DNA of 64,000 nt, taken from assembly GCA_000091205.1 (NCBI GenBank), contig AP006501.2. The stretch is one strand, 5' to 3'. Below are positions 21,828-34,165 of the stretch, piece by piece. The notes below the pieces were generated by a model. It made no database searches and was not told the origin of the DNA. It was given only the letters and a program-made list of their open reading frames with translations. Source of the DNA: Cyanidioschyzon merolae (lineage: Eukaryota). Position 1 is the first letter of the stretch; each line of letters begins with the position of its first letter. The position numbers and the translations under genes are program-made.

Positions 21828-24505
21828 CTATTGCGGTGCCCAGAAGCGCGGCTCCGACTCCGATTGCGACTGTTCCGGCGATCGGCACCGTATTCCCGCT
21901 CGAGCTTTTCACGTGTGGGCGCATGATGCAACGCCTGATCGAAGAGCGCAAGCACAATCTGTCGACGCGTTTGTAGCGCGATGAGACAACGCCGCGTCTG
22001 CTGGAGTCGCTCAATGAGCGTTGAAGGAAGCGGCTCCGGTACGAGAGCTCCTCCAGTACCAGCACCAGCACCAGCACTTTCGCTCTGTCCATCGTCCCTG
22101 GGTGTACGTGGTGCCAGGCGCTCGTAATGCCCCGAAAGCCGCTCCAGCGCTTGACGATCCCAGCACCAGTTCTCGAGCATTTGACTTGGTGCCTCAACAA
22201 AATCACGCTCCACTCTGGTACCGGAAAATCGTGCGAATCGCGGTTTTGAGCACAAATGATGCATGACATGTCCAAACTCATGGAAAAGCGTCACCACCTC
22301 TTCATGCCGTAGAAGCGAGGGGCGGCCTCCCGAAGACTTGCTCAAATTCGCTACCATTGCTGCTACAGGGACTTGACGCTCTCCATCGGCCGAATGCATC
22401 GCATTGAGCTGGAGCGCATTTGTCGCTGTTTCCGATGCACGATGCACGTGGCTAGTGCCAGTGCTGGGTGTTCCGACCTTGCCGCGAGGCGCAGTCGTCT
22501 CCTGGACTTTGCTGGGCCGCACACAGCTCGGCTGCAAAGGCCAGACAGCGGCATGACCATACTTGCCTTCACGCGGATGCAGATCCAGGTAAAAATAGCC
22601 CAAGAGTGCGGCGTTTTGCGCATCGCGCACTTCGAACAGGCGCACGTCCTCGTGCCAGCGTTGGCCCTGGGTCAGATGAACAAAACGCAAACCAAGTAGC
22701 TCTTGGTAAATATCGAGCATGTTCGAAAGCACACGCTCTAGCGGGAAATACTCGGCGATTTTCGTATGATCAATCTGCAGCTGCTGCTCCTCGTATTTCG
22801 TCATGTAGTAGCGGAGGTCCCACATACGAATCTCATTGTCGGGTTCAAGGCCCAAGAGCACACCGTAACGCTCAAGGTTATCCTTGCGCTTGAGGCGACG
22901 AAGTTCCGACAGCTCCGCATGCGCAGCCTTATCCAATCGCTTGCTCAGACGGTGCAGAAATGCTTCGACATTTTCCGGTGAATTTGCCATGCGCATCTCA
23001 AGAACGAACGCGGCATGAGAGGGATACCCTAAGAGCTTGGCTGCTTCATCGCGAAGCCGCACCGTCTCTTCGAGCAAGAACACGTTCTCTGGGACGCAGC
23101 GGGAGTGGAAGAGTTTCTCGAGGATGCGCCGGGTCTCTTCAACTGAACAATGTTTCATAATGGGAAAGTAATGCGGATATTTGAGGGTAACTTCAAATTC
23201 CAGCTCTTCAGGCTTCGCTGGATTCGGTCGGCTACGCAGGCCCTCGAGAAAAGTCGGAGACATGCCGGCCAGCTCCTCTGCCGAGAACCACAGACGAGTG
23301 TTCTCCTCATTCAAGTTTCGCTGGTATTCTATGCATAAATCAGCAATACGCGTGCGAAGATCAACGAGCCGCTCCCGAAGTTGATCGTCCAAATGTGCGC
23401 CGTGCCGTTCCAGATCTCGAACGGTGAAGCGCATGTAGCGCACATGCTCCAGCGTTAGGCCCAAGGCGGCGGCGGCCTGTGCACCCAGGGGCGTCTGCCG
23501 ACCGAAATCATCATAATCCTGATCGTGAGCAGCTTGCTCGAGGATACTCTCTCGCTTGTGGCGAAGTTGCTCGCGTCGGGACTCGCGGGATGCGACTGGG
23601 GCATGCAACGAGCTCCGCTGCCGCCGCAGTGCGTCGCGAAGTTGTATTTCATACTCGTCAGCGATCGGTCTCAGCACTCGGTAAACATCGGCTCGTGAAC
23701 TGAGTTCGACATCCAGCTTTGCGAGCTCCCTCTGTGCTTCGACACTCGCTGCGCGGATATCGGAATGCGGTGACACGAAGCTCGGAAACGTCACGCTCGA
23801 TCGACGTGCGGCGTGCTTGGCTTCCATGTCCGCCCAGAGTTGGAAAGTGTGGTCAAAATCCAAGGGAGGTTTCAGCAGAGGAGCGCCACCGCGCACCAGT
23901 TCGTAGAGCGAGCTGATATGATCGGCGAGCGCGCGTTCCTCCGCAATGATCCGTTGCGTTTCGGCTTTGATATCAGCGACTGACATATCCACCCGAAATG
24001 CAATATGTTTCGGGCAGGTATGACCGACACTGAGGCGCTTTTCCGACCGTTCAGTCCGTGCGTGTTGCGAAATCGAACGCTCCACCTCTGAGTCCTGCCC
24101 GAATTCGCTTAACCTCTCCGCGTCCGGTGCTCGTGTGCGGTACGCTGCCCTACGTGTTCGCTGCGCAGCTGCTGGGTCGGTTCCGGCGCTGGCATTGATA
24201 CCCACGCGTCCCTTTTGTACGTCTTGCCGCCTGCGATAGGCGCGCACCACGACGACTGTGCCGAGGAGCGCCACCACTATCGCCGATCCTGAGAGCGCAG
24301 GCACAAACCACGGCGTCGAGCCGTTCATCTGTAAATACTCTGTGCGTAACGCCAACCAAGGCGAACGTGCCCAGTCTAGGACGGCGCTCCAGCGACTCTT
24401 TCGAGCGTTCACAGCGTCACGTGAATCCGGAACTCCATCCGAGGCCGCCGCTGAAACAACTGCAGAAGCCCCGTTCCCTCCAGCGTCAGACGCTTCGATT
24501 GTCAT
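21431..24505 (-). CDS. M3A zinc metallopeptidase (thimet oligopeptidase/neurolysin-like) with an N-terminal TM-containing extension and an internal poly-Gln/low-complexity insert
   Basis: LFHEFGHVMHHLCS...FSGTRVERDFVEAPSQMLENWCWD matches the thimet-oligopeptidase HEXXH...E zinc site almost residue for residue. A (CTG)12 run encodes Q12 in frame. A hydrophobic segment AIVVALLGTVVVV lies near the N-terminus. Confidence 0.85.
21789..21826. repeat. (CTG)12 / (CAG)12 microsatellite inside the M3 peptidase CDS (encodes Q12 on the minus strand)
   Basis: ctgctgctg... is in frame in the peptidase ORF. Confidence 0.95.
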
Positions 24506-25699
24506 GTTCGATCACCGAAAACCCTTTGAACTATAAGGTACCCCCTCCCTGTTCAGCTCTGGGTTCTACGGAGTCGCTGAGACGAGGCCGTACCAGCCTA
24601 GAGCAGGACACGTTTTCGGCGATTATCCCAAGCACAGCGTGTGTGTTGATGATCTCGGAATGCGCTGCGTTGCGCAGTGCGCGGCGGCGCAAGGCACCAC
24701 AGCGAACGTGGCATCGCCGGGGCGGGCGCCACTGCCGCCATTTGAAATCGCAACCGCAAGCAGTCGTCATCGGTAGCGGGCGGAAGGCTTCGCGCGCGCA
24801 TCTAGGCTGCGGGTCCGGCGAAGAGGCTTCAAGCCTCAAGTCCATAAAAAGGATGTTTTGTCTCTTTATGAAAAGCCATATGGCCTGACGTGGCTGCTGA
24901 TGCCATTCCGACGGCCTGGCGGGCCTCCTGCTTGCCTGGGTACCGATAGAGATCCCGCACGGTGGAATCCCTCGTTTGGTACTGCGATCCTGCACCACGG
25001 AAATACGCTGATCGCTGATACAGGCTGGTATTTGACGCGGTGTTGCCCAGCGACCAGTAGTGGCTGTTTGCGCATCGCCCCGGTTCCCAGGTGCGATTTC
25101 GGGGTGCACGACGGCCCATATAAGCATGACATGGGACGGGTCCACGTCCGGAGCTCGGGCGCGTACGTCAAAGTTTCTTTCTGCTTCCATTGTGATCAAC
25201 GCAAGCGCTTTGGGGTTTTTTCTTAGCCTGCTTCCTATTCTTCTCCCTTACCTACAGCTTCAACGATGTTAGTCGCTCCTGCTTCGTTCTCAGCAGCTGA
25301 AGGATATGGATGGCAGGGTCAAGTGCAGATCTCGGCGCTTCCGGCCGTTGTCGACGCTCTGCATGCAGAGGCAAAAGTAGCGGCCAACGCTTCGTTTGCC
25401 ATTTTCATCATCTTTCCAGACAGTCTCAATGGCCTTTCGCAGCAGTAGCACCTGACCGTGGACAGGTGTTCCCATATGACGAAGGTAGCTCCTCCGCCGA
25501 GGCCGCTCTGTTTCACCCGAACACCAGCCATATTGCTCGGTACGTGACTTTGGCGGGGCACGTAGTGCTCCCCTGGATGCCATTCTCCGATTCCGCGATT
25601 GGTGGTGTACCCAAACGAACCTGCTTCTTCTGGGTGATGCGCTCGGTGCGTTCCCTGTCCGACGCATACGGAAGCGCATGTCTTTCCATTTGAATGAGG

Positions 25700-25995
25700 A
25701 TTTGTGAAACACGATACTGTTCATGATGGTAGAGATACCGGAGGCCAAATCCAGGCTGCTGATCATGTCGAGCAAAGCCGATATGTCTACGCCACCCTTG
25801 TGCATAGCGGTGACGCAATCTCCATCGCCAGCGGTCGCTGCGATGATGCAAGCAGGAGTCCGAGACCTTGCCGACGCAATCAGCAGCGAGCGGAGCTTCT
25901 AGCAGCACAGACCGTAAGACAATTCATGCTGTTGTTGAATGCGGTATCGCCGATAACCTCAAACACAGGAGAGTTTCCCTCTGAACGAAATCGAT
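25700..25995 (+). repeat. Dispersed ~300-bp repeat family, copy F5 (more diverged)
   Basis: CGATACTGTTCATGATGG...ACCGGAGG at the 5' end; GCGATGATGCAAGCAGGAGTCCGAGACCTTG internally; CTGAACGAAATCGATTTCATCG at the 3' end. Confidence 0.55.
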
Positions 25996-26927
25996 TTCAT
26001 CGCTTGACAAGTTTAGTGAAAGTCCGGCCTCAGAATGGGAAGAAGTCGTCCATGGAAGACTGCCTGTCGTTTTCCTCGAAAACCAGCAGTGCCAATCGCT
26101 ACGCCCACGAGTATCCTCGAGTCAGAAAGATCGAAAAACTCAAGCATGCGTGATTTGAGCATGTTAAACGTAATCAGAAGAGACGTGTGGTTGCTTGTAC
26201 GAGTGAATTGGATAGTTATATCGGTAGTTTTACGAACGTTTGTTCGAGGTCATTGCGATTCTTCATGTCAACGATCACGGAAAGAATGCCACCAGCATCG
26301 CGTCCAAGGAGCTAACGGGAAACAAGGATCCAGGATCTTCAAACTACACATGAGTCTTTGAACTCAAGGTTCTCCCACTTCCAGTGCCAAACGTGTGCGT
26401 CTAAAATAGTTCGGGGAAAAAAATCGTAAGACTGGATCAGCGTTGGCGATTCCGAGTTCCCTTTTACGATTTTTGACACCGACCAGGGTGTCTCGTTCGT
26501 CTGCGGGCGTTCGAAACAACACCAACGGATTCTGTTGCTGGTGAGTCTGCTCTGGACGCAGCGGTCTGCGTCTTAATTAAACGTTACCAGAGGACGCTCC
26601 GGAAACGTGTTTGCGCTGGAACCCTTCCGCGCAGAACCACTGACGCTGGGGTCAAGCGAACAGGAACCCACTGAAACCTGGTGGAACCTGTTGAAAGCTG
26701 CGGAATCCTGAACCGGCTACATTTTCGGACAAGACTCGGACAAACGCTGAACGAATCAGAGTCGTTTTCTGAGGCACTCGTGGACTCGAACGAGCGCAGC
26801 GCTGCTAAAGCACTGGAGCAACGAAACGTCGAGGGCGCTGCGCTTCAAACTCGCCAGCACCTGACGCACAAGACGCACCGCAAACTCGGGTACTAGTGGC
26901 TGCTAGGTTCTTACGGTTTGGGTCTCC

Positions 26928-29027
26928 GTGCGTCCGCCTCGTTTACAACGGAATACGATGCGCCTCATTGCGCTTCTGAGCGGCGGCAAGGACTCGCTCT
27001 ATGCAGCGATCTACGCTCAGTACGTACTCGGTCATGAAATCGTCGCTGCAGTCAACCTGTACCCAACTGGTCCTGAGCGACCTCCTGAGGCGGTTGCAGG
27101 TACAGACCTTGTCGCGTGGACAGACGAAGTCGACTCGGCCATGTTCCAGAGCGTCGGTGCGCACGTCGTGGGAGCAGCGTACGCAGACTGTTTGCCGTCC
27201 AGTATCCGGTGGTATCGCGCAGCTTTCGAGGCGCTCGAATTTCACACCGACCATGGCCTGCGTTATCGTCTGGCGCCACATGCTTCTGCTTTAGAGACAC
27301 CTGCAGACGAAGTTGCGACGCTGCATCGAGTCGTGGGCGCGCTTCTGGACAACTTTGAAGTACAGGGCCTGGCGCGACCCGAAGGCCTCCTCTCGGGGGC
27401 GATTCTCTCCGACTACCAACGCCTGCGCATAGAGCACGTGGCTAGTCAGCATCAGCTGGTGTCGGTGGCTCCGTTGTGGCGTCGTGACGCCCGCGAACTC
27501 TTCGATTCTATCTGTGCACTGGGTATCGAGGCCATCATTGTCAAAGTGGCGTCCCTGGGTCTCGACATGGCTCATCTAGGGAAATCCCTGTACCAAGTAC
27601 GCGAGCACCTGATGCAACTTGAGACGCGGTACGGGGTGCACTGCCTGGGTGAAGGCGGCGAATACGAGACGCTGGTGCTTGACAGCCCCTGGTTCCGTCA
27701 GCGTCTTGTCATTGATGCCTCCAGTCCGGTAGATCATGGTTCTGGAAGCGCCTACCTTCGCATCGAGCGCTTCCACTGCGAAGAAAAACCAGCCGCGATG
27801 CGCGCTGACCAGCAGGCTCAGTTTTCAGACTGGATGCAACGGGAACGAGCGCGGCCTCTCTGGGTATTTCCTCTTCCATTGAACGGAATATCTTTCCGAA
27901 AGTCGATACCCACCGTGCTTGCACCGGCTGGAGACGCGAACGCTTCCGCCGCCGAGCGTACTCCTCGCTCGCCGATGTTTCAGGTGCGCTATCGAGAGAG
28001 GCTCTGGCATCTTTCAGATGATCATAGGTTTTATGTCGCGGTTTGTTGGGTGGAGTCTTCCGCCGATGTCGCGACGCATCCGACTGATCCCCGGTGTGCT
28101 GTACTTGCACCTCCTGGCGAGGCTGCGCGCCAAACTGAGCTGCTCCTGCTGCACCTGCGCCAGCGCTGGCCCGATGCAGCTTGTCGACCGTTCCAGTGCC
28201 TCCTTTTCCTTGCGAATATGCAGGACTTTGCCGCAGTGAATGCAGTCTACGCTCATTATTTTGCTGCAGAGGATGCACCTCCGGTTCGGTGCTGTGTGCA
28301 GGTCGCGTCGTTACCGCACCCGACCAGCCTCGTGCAGCTGGAGGTTTTTGCCGAGTCCGTGGACTTGCATGGCAAAGGCATTCACGTCCAGAGTCTGTCG
28401 CTGTGGGCCCCGGCGTGTATTGGACCGTACAGTCAGGCTCGCATCCAGCATCAGGGGACGACCCTGTACTTGTCAGGCATGCTGGCGCTTTTCCCTGGTA
28501 CAGGCGAGATTCCCGAAGGCCTCTCGCTGCCTGCTCAGATAGAAGCCTGTCTATGGAATGCAAATCGCGTCGTAGAAGCACTCGATGATCGCGGCATGAA
28601 GAGGCCCTGGCAGTGTCGTCTCTGTATCGCGTGGTACAAGGCAGGCTCGCGCGACAGCGCTGAGACGCACGGCCGCCTCATCCACGAGATGCTGCACAAG
28701 CGTCTGCCACGAGCGCAGCGCTTTGTTCTTGGGGTTCCGCAGCTGCCCCGGAACGCGCTCGTTGAACTGCAGTTCGTTTACGAACGGCGTGAAGCGGAAT
28801 TCCATGGGACGCACTGCCCTGTAATACCCCAGATTGCGCACGACTTCCTGAGCTGGGACACGGAAGACTTCGAGGGCGCTCCCCAGAAGCTGGATGCTTC
28901 ACCAGGGTCATCGTTTCATGTTTGCATCCCCGTGCTGATTCCGCATTCAGTGTACGGCAGTGCCTGTACCCGACTCCGTTGCTACCTGCCACCGGGAAAG
29001 GCTCCCGATAAACCCAGTGCTCTCTGA
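26928..29027 (+). CDS. DPH6: Diphthine-ammonia ligase (DPH6/ATPBD4): N-terminal PP-loop ATP pyrophosphatase domain plus two C-terminal YjgF/RidA-like domains
   Basis: MRLIALLSGGKDSLYA carries the PP-loop SGGKDS as at the DPH6 N-terminus. The length (~690 aa) and the C-terminal RidA-like segment (IGPYSQARIQHQGTTLYLSGMLAL) also fit. The likely true start is the Met at ~26958. Confidence 0.8.
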   Translation: MRPPRLQRNTMRLIALLSGGKDSLYAAIYAQYVLGHEIVAAVNLYPTGPERPPEAVAGTDLVAWTDEVDSAMFQSVGAHVVGAAYADCLPSSIRWYRAAFEALEFHTDHGLRYRLAPHASALETPADEVATLHRVVGALLDNFEVQGLARPEGLLSGAILSDYQRLRIEHVASQHQLVSVAPLWRRDARELFDSICALGIEAIIVKVASLGLDMAHLGKSLYQVREHLMQLETRYGVHCLGEGGEYETLVLDSPWFRQRLVIDASSPVDHGSGSAYLRIERFHCEEKPAAMRADQQAQFSDWMQRERARPLWVFPLPLNGISFRKSIPTVLAPAGDANASAAERTPRSPMFQVRYRERLWHLSDDHRFYVAVCWVESSADVATHPTDPRCAVLAPPGEAARQTELLLLHLRQRWPDAACRPFQCLLFLANMQDFAAVNAVYAHYFAAEDAPPVRCCVQVASLPHPTSLVQLEVFAESVDLHGKGIHVQSLSLWAPACIGPYSQARIQHQGTTLYLSGMLALFPGTGEIPEGLSLPAQIEACLWNANRVVEALDDRGMKRPWQCRLCIAWYKAGSRDSAETHGRLIHEMLHKRLPRAQRFVLGVPQLPRNALVELQFVYERREAEFHGTHCPVIPQIAHDFLSWDTEDFEGAPQKLDASPGSSFHVCIPVLIPHSVYGSACTRLRCYLPPGKAPDKPSAL

Positions 29028-29727
29028 GGCGCGCTTTCCTTGAACTCGGTGCAGCGCGTACGATCCCCGTAGCGTACGCGTCCGCGAACCGAAACATTGC
29101 CATAGACGTAAACGAGAGCGGGTTTCTCTCGTTGGGCATCGACGCTACCACAAGCGTAGTTGCAGACGCAACAGTACCTCTACCGGTGAAACACATTATC
29201 CCCAGAGGCCGTTGCAGCACCAATAATATCAGCTGCTGCAGCAATAGCGTTAACTTGCTCTATCCGTGTGTGTTGGCTACCACTGCTTGCGTAGCTGGCG
29301 ATTACCGAGCAAGCGCATCCTTTAACGAGCTTGCGATGCAAAGCAAACGCACGGTCTTTTGGGTCGGCTTCTGGCCGCACGGCATCCATTCAATGTTTTC
29401 AACGCCGACGTTACACGTATCGGGTTGTCGCTGGCAACGTCAGGAACCGAACCTTGCAAGCTTGGGTTGCAAAGCGCACGCGCTACTCCCTATGCAATCG
29501 TTATTCATGGAGCGTTATCGCAGGCGGGACGAGTATCAGCGCACGCTCCGTGTGCCCCGTGATCCTCTCCAGGCATTGCAGCGCTCACCAGTGCAGCACA
29601 GCAGAACCCCGTCAGCGTGTCTAAGACGCTAGGCGAAGATGCTCGTCTCCAATGCACGTGCGCTCCCGAGGCCGTGTGCTGCTGCGGCATTCGTTCGCAT
29701 CCTCGACGCCTTCGCATTCGAAGATCC

Positions 29728-30957
29728 TCAGGGTAAAGCCAGCGACTCTGGAAGCGCTGTGGAACCTGAAGTCGATGCCGCATCCGGTGCGCGTTCCCAT
29801 CGCAACGATCCATCCGTTCGTCGAAGTTGTTTGGCTGCTTCTCGGAGCGCACGAGCAGTTCGAGCACCTTCGACGTCTTCACGTTTGCCTGCCGACATGA
29901 ACTGATTCGTTGCAGCAGTTTCCAATGAAGATGAATGCCGATAGACCTCACCAAAGCTGGTCAGGTGGCTTTTCGGAATCATCGGTTCGCGGTCTCGAAG
30001 TTCTTTCTCGTGTCGCGGCCCATAGAGTGCATTCTTTGCGTCCGAAAGCATATCGCGAATGTCGACAAGCTCTCCAAAGTTGCGTAGCACCGCTCGTGAG
30101 GGATCCGGTGCATAGTCCTCAAAGTCCCGCCACGAAAATACGAAATGATGAACGATGGCTGCCACGAACATTTCCAAGCAGATCAACAGATCCTGAATGC
30201 CGGTTGCCACACTATCGGAGGTAAAGTCACCAACATCGGTGAGCCAGTGCCACTGCACGAGCAAGCCGAGCACCACACCCTGCCACCAACTGAAGAATAT
30301 GACTGCCTTCACGCAGAGGAACTTGGGAAGCGGGCGGAAAGCCTGCAACAAGTCCTCCGTTGCCAAATACAACATAACCATCCAGTATAGCGCCCACGAA
30401 ACGCTGAGGTTCACCACAATCCAAATGTACGGATAACCATAGCACCAGAAAGGCGAAGCAGTTGGCGTCTTGGGCTGTACATACCAACCGTGCCGGTTCA
30501 GGAGCACTGCTACGGCGGCAGTGAGCGGTTTCAACAACACGAACTGCAACACCGCGAGGCGCACTTTCTGCAGGAATCGAGCGCCCAGTACCTCCGGTTG
30601 GAAACACCAGTTCATGGGCCAAGGGTGTGGTAAGGGGGGTTTCAACTCCAGCAGATACGCCAGAGAGCGTTCCCCGCCCGCTACGTTGATAAGCAGCGCC
30701 ACGAACGAGTACAGGGTGTAGGCCTCGTACGAGTCGCGCCCCAGATCAAAGTACAGCGCCATTTCCGGTATCAAGAGAGAAAGCCAAGAAGACAACGAGT
30801 ATACCGGAACCATACCTAGGATTCGACAAATGTAAAGCTGGTACTCTGGACGAACATAGTGTCGCAAGTGCAGCCAGATGTTCTGGAGCGACAGTGTCAG
30901 CGCGAGGAGGCTGAGGACCCCACCGCCCAGTCGTGCAAGTAGCAGCGCCTGAAACAT
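29728..30957 (-). CDS. TMEM184 / organic solute transporter alpha-like (DUF300) multi-pass membrane protein
   Basis: Seven predicted TM helices are present. The N-terminal block YICRILGMVPVYSLSSWLSLL and the overall hydropathy resemble TMEM184/Ost-alpha family proteins. Confidence 0.65.
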   Translation of the reverse strand: MFQALLLARLGGGVLSLLALTLSLQNIWLHLRHYVRPEYQLYICRILGMVPVYSLSSWLSLLIPEMALYFDLGRDSYEAYTLYSFVALLINVAGGERSLAYLLELKPPLPHPWPMNWCFQPEVLGARFLQKVRLAVLQFVLLKPLTAAVAVLLNRHGWYVQPKTPTASPFWCYGYPYIWIVVNLSVSWALYWMVMLYLATEDLLQAFRPLPKFLCVKAVIFFSWWQGVVLGLLVQWHWLTDVGDFTSDSVATGIQDLLICLEMFVAAIVHHFVFSWRDFEDYAPDPSRAVLRNFGELVDIRDMLSDAKNALYGPRHEKELRDREPMIPKSHLTSFGEVYRHSSSLETAATNQFMSAGKREDVEGARTARALREAAKQLRRTDGSLRWERAPDAASTSGSTALPESLALP

Positions 30958-31205
30958 ATAGAACTTGTCAACAGTAGACGCACCACAGCCATCAACTGTC
31001 CCTGGTTTTGGAGTCCCAGTAAATTGCTTCAGATGGACACGGGCTACACTCTCCTCGTGACCTGAAAGCGTCGCAGCGTAACGAATAGAGTCGATGCGCT
31101 GAGCGAGCCAGCACCAGCAGGGCTACCAGGCCGCTCCGACGTACGACTTGCTTATCTGCGGACGCTGTTTCAGCCAGTGTTACGACTTGGAAAGCTTTTC
31201 CCGGT

Positions 31206-31823
31206 TTGCATATGTTTACGCTGCACGCTGCAGTCATCACAGTTTCTGACTCGTGTGCTGCTGGTCAGGCGTGCGACAAGTCGGGACCGCTGGTGAGGCA
31301 GTTGCTGGAAGAGTCATCCGCCGCTGCGCTTGGTGCGACGGTACCTCGTTTTCAGGTCACATGGTCGGAGGTTATACCTGATGAGCGCCAAGTCATTGTA
31401 AAGCGAATCAGAGTCTTAGCCGGACAAGATTCTAGAGAAGACGACGGCGCCAGTAGCGTTTCTGGTCCGCCGCAGCCGGTCGACCTCATTGTCACCACGG
31501 GGGGAACAGGGATCTCCGCTCGAGACGTTACACCGGAGTCGACGCTGGAGGCTTGTGAAGGCAGGAGCGTCTGGGGTCTGTCGTACCTCATGCTTCAAGT
31601 TTCGCTTCAGTACACACCTATGGCAGCGTTATCGCGGTACGGAGCCGGTGTCTGTGGCTCCGCGCTGGTTATAAACTTGCCTGGTAAGCCAAGCGCGGTG
31701 CAAGAGGTTTTGCCAGCGATAAAGCCAGTTATCGTTCACGGGTGCATGCTGCTTCACGGGCACACACGACACGGAGGAGAGTCCGATGTACCTGCGCAAG
31801 AAGCGACTCCAAATGTGCAGTAG
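31206..31823 (+). CDS. Molybdopterin adenylyltransferase (MogA / MoaB / Cnx1-G / gephyrin G-domain homolog)
   Basis: AAVITVSDSC ... DLIVTTGGTGISARDVTPESTLEA ... ALVINLPGKPSAVQEVLPAIKP aligns with the gephyrin G-domain (GVLTVSDSC...[20 protein letters not shown]...[23 protein letters not shown]). Confidence 0.8.
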   Translation: MHMFTLHAAVITVSDSCAAGQACDKSGPLVRQLLEESSAAALGATVPRFQVTWSEVIPDERQVIVKRIRVLAGQDSREDDGASSVSGPPQPVDLIVTTGGTGISARDVTPESTLEACEGRSVWGLSYLMLQVSLQYTPMAALSRYGAGVCGSALVINLPGKPSAVQEVLPAIKPVIVHGCMLLHGHTRHGGESDVPAQEATPNVQ

Positions 31824-33964
31824 AACGTTTACCGCAAGAGTCTACGGCATCGACGGGTGAATAGTGCGTCGCAGGATAACTCGTTATGAAGACGGATTAG
31901 CGACGGATTCGACTCCAGCTCTGTTCTAGAGGGCTTATCCTAGGAATCCAAGGCACCGCTGGGTTTACGCTGCGTCGCCGGTACACACAGGATGGAGGAG
32001 CGTGATTGCTGCACGTACCTGCGCTAGATTCGAATTCAGCTGGATGCACTGGGACGTTCACCTCAGGGTTTCAATGCGGGAGTCGGAACCCTTTCCGTCT
32101 AGGGATGCATCTACCTATGTGTTCAGAGCCCGCCTGGATCCAAGGAGTCGTCCACTGTACGCCATAGGATTGGCGATAGTGAGGTAGGCTCTAGTACGGG
32201 CTATGTGTTCTTCGTCATCGACAACAGAGTTCCGGTGCTTGTGCATCGTATTGTAATGCAAAGTTGACGAGCGCGCAGGTTCACTTGCGCGTTGTCCAAA
32301 CCAAGCCTCGTGATTATGGTGCCATTTCACATGAAATGTCTCGTTGGGTCGAAGAAACGCACATTTTCCAACAGAGATGGCATTCTGCGAATCAGTTTCT
32401 GATGTACATAAAAGTCACGTTACCCTGCTGTTACGAATACGCTCACTTTTCCCGATAGAAACGACAGGATGCGAATCAGTGTCCGATGCATAAAGCAGGC
32501 GTCACACTGCAATCCCCCGAGTTGTTGTCGTTATGCCTAGTGTGGTGAATGCCGGAACATCTGTACCAGTACGCCACTTTTATTCTTGTTGTTCGTTTTT
32601 CTCGCAGGTATCCAGCAAATGGATTGCATTCCATAGACTGCAGAAAGGCCCTCGACAGGCTCTACGCTTACACTGGTAGCTTGCGAAATGCAGCTTACCT
32701 GTCCACTTCAGTTATCCTACCTTGAGTAGGCAGATAAACCAGCCTTTTCCTAGGCCCTGTTCCTGAGGCCGTGCACCTGAGACAGAGACAATCAGACGCT
32801 GCCAAGACGACAGTCGCCTTGTCAATACTCTGTACGCCGTAGGTTCTGTAAACAATACTACTGAACAAGCCACAGGATGTCAGGTTTTCATATCTTTGAT
32901 ACGAACGGTGATATAGAGACACCGATGGGCAAAGAAAAAAGCTTGCATCTATGCGAGACCTTCGTGCGATGAATAACGCACTACTGATTTCCTAATGAAA
33001 TGCGAATGCCTCTTCATGGAGTAACGGGCGTTCGTCTCAATCGATGAGGATTCATTCCCGAGAAAACTGGCAGACCTGTATGTCGATACTCGAAATAGGG
33101 CGTACCGCTGTTCGTGAAGAAGAATCAAGCGAGCATTTCAACAACCTCAACCCGAGCGGTGATTCGACGGTATGGTAACGTACGCATTGCCAAATGTACA
33201 GACTCATTCACCACATCATCCTTCGTGGAAGCGCCCTTTGCACCTTCTCCTTCTGACATTCTTCTGTTCTGCTTGTAGACAACGGCATTTTCCATCACTT
33301 AAAAGCGTTCAAGGAGGAACCAGCTGCGTCTGGGGCTGAAGTGCGCTTCACGCGCGGCCATTTTCCATCGTTCAGTCCAGTCCAAGGCGTCTTCTCTGAT
33401 GTCAAAGACCATGCGTATACGCATGAACCAATGGACAAGCCTTTGGTATTTGTGACAGCGTCCGTCGATATGTCGTCCACTGGTACCCCGCACACCAGCT
33501 CCGAACGATTTTGTTGCTCCTCTTGTCGTGCGTAAGTGGGAGCGAAGGGGTTCTTTTCAGTTCACTGGCATGCTCGCGACCGAAAAGTTGACGAGAAGCT
33601 ACCTGAAGAACAGCAGATACATGTATAGAACAGACGAGTTTCGGATGCACCGTTCACCCCCAGCGTCTAGGTCCCGCGGAAAAACACACGGATGTAGAGC
33701 GCAGCGGCTATACCCATGCAATCCTGCCGCGTAAGGGAGTAACGGGAAAAACCACCAGACGAAGGAGTGGGGCGCCCTTCGGAACAGAGCACCAGGAAAA
33801 TAAGGAAGGGGAAACTGTCCAAGCGGAAAACAGCAGCATAGAATCGTTATCAAGACTTCGCTTGCAAACAAATCGACAGTGAGACTGTGCCCAAACGTGA
33901 GACGCAGGCCACCAAAATGAGTCCCGTGGCTTCTTAGACGAGGGCGGCTCGCCTGGTTTCCCTC

Positions 33965-34165
33965 GAGTTGACACACCTCGTTAACAGGCCGCTCACAGGA
34001 GTTCCAGATGCAGTGCTGCCATCAATCCACAGTACTCTGTCATTTTTCACGATCAATCCTTTTCGAGTTGACACACCTCGTTAACAGGCCGCTCACAGGA
34101 GTTCCAGATGCGGTGCTGCCATCAATCCACAGTACTCTGTCCTTTTTCACGATCAATCCTTTGCA
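33965..34165. repeat. 100-bp direct tandem duplication (x2), ~330 bp upstream of the TnpB-like fragment A
   Basis: GAGTTGACACACCTCGTTAACAGGCCGCTCACAGGAGTTCCAGATGC(A/G)GTGCTGCCATCAATCCACAGTACTCTGTC(A/C)TTTTTCACGATCAATCCTTT occurs twice. Confidence 0.9.
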
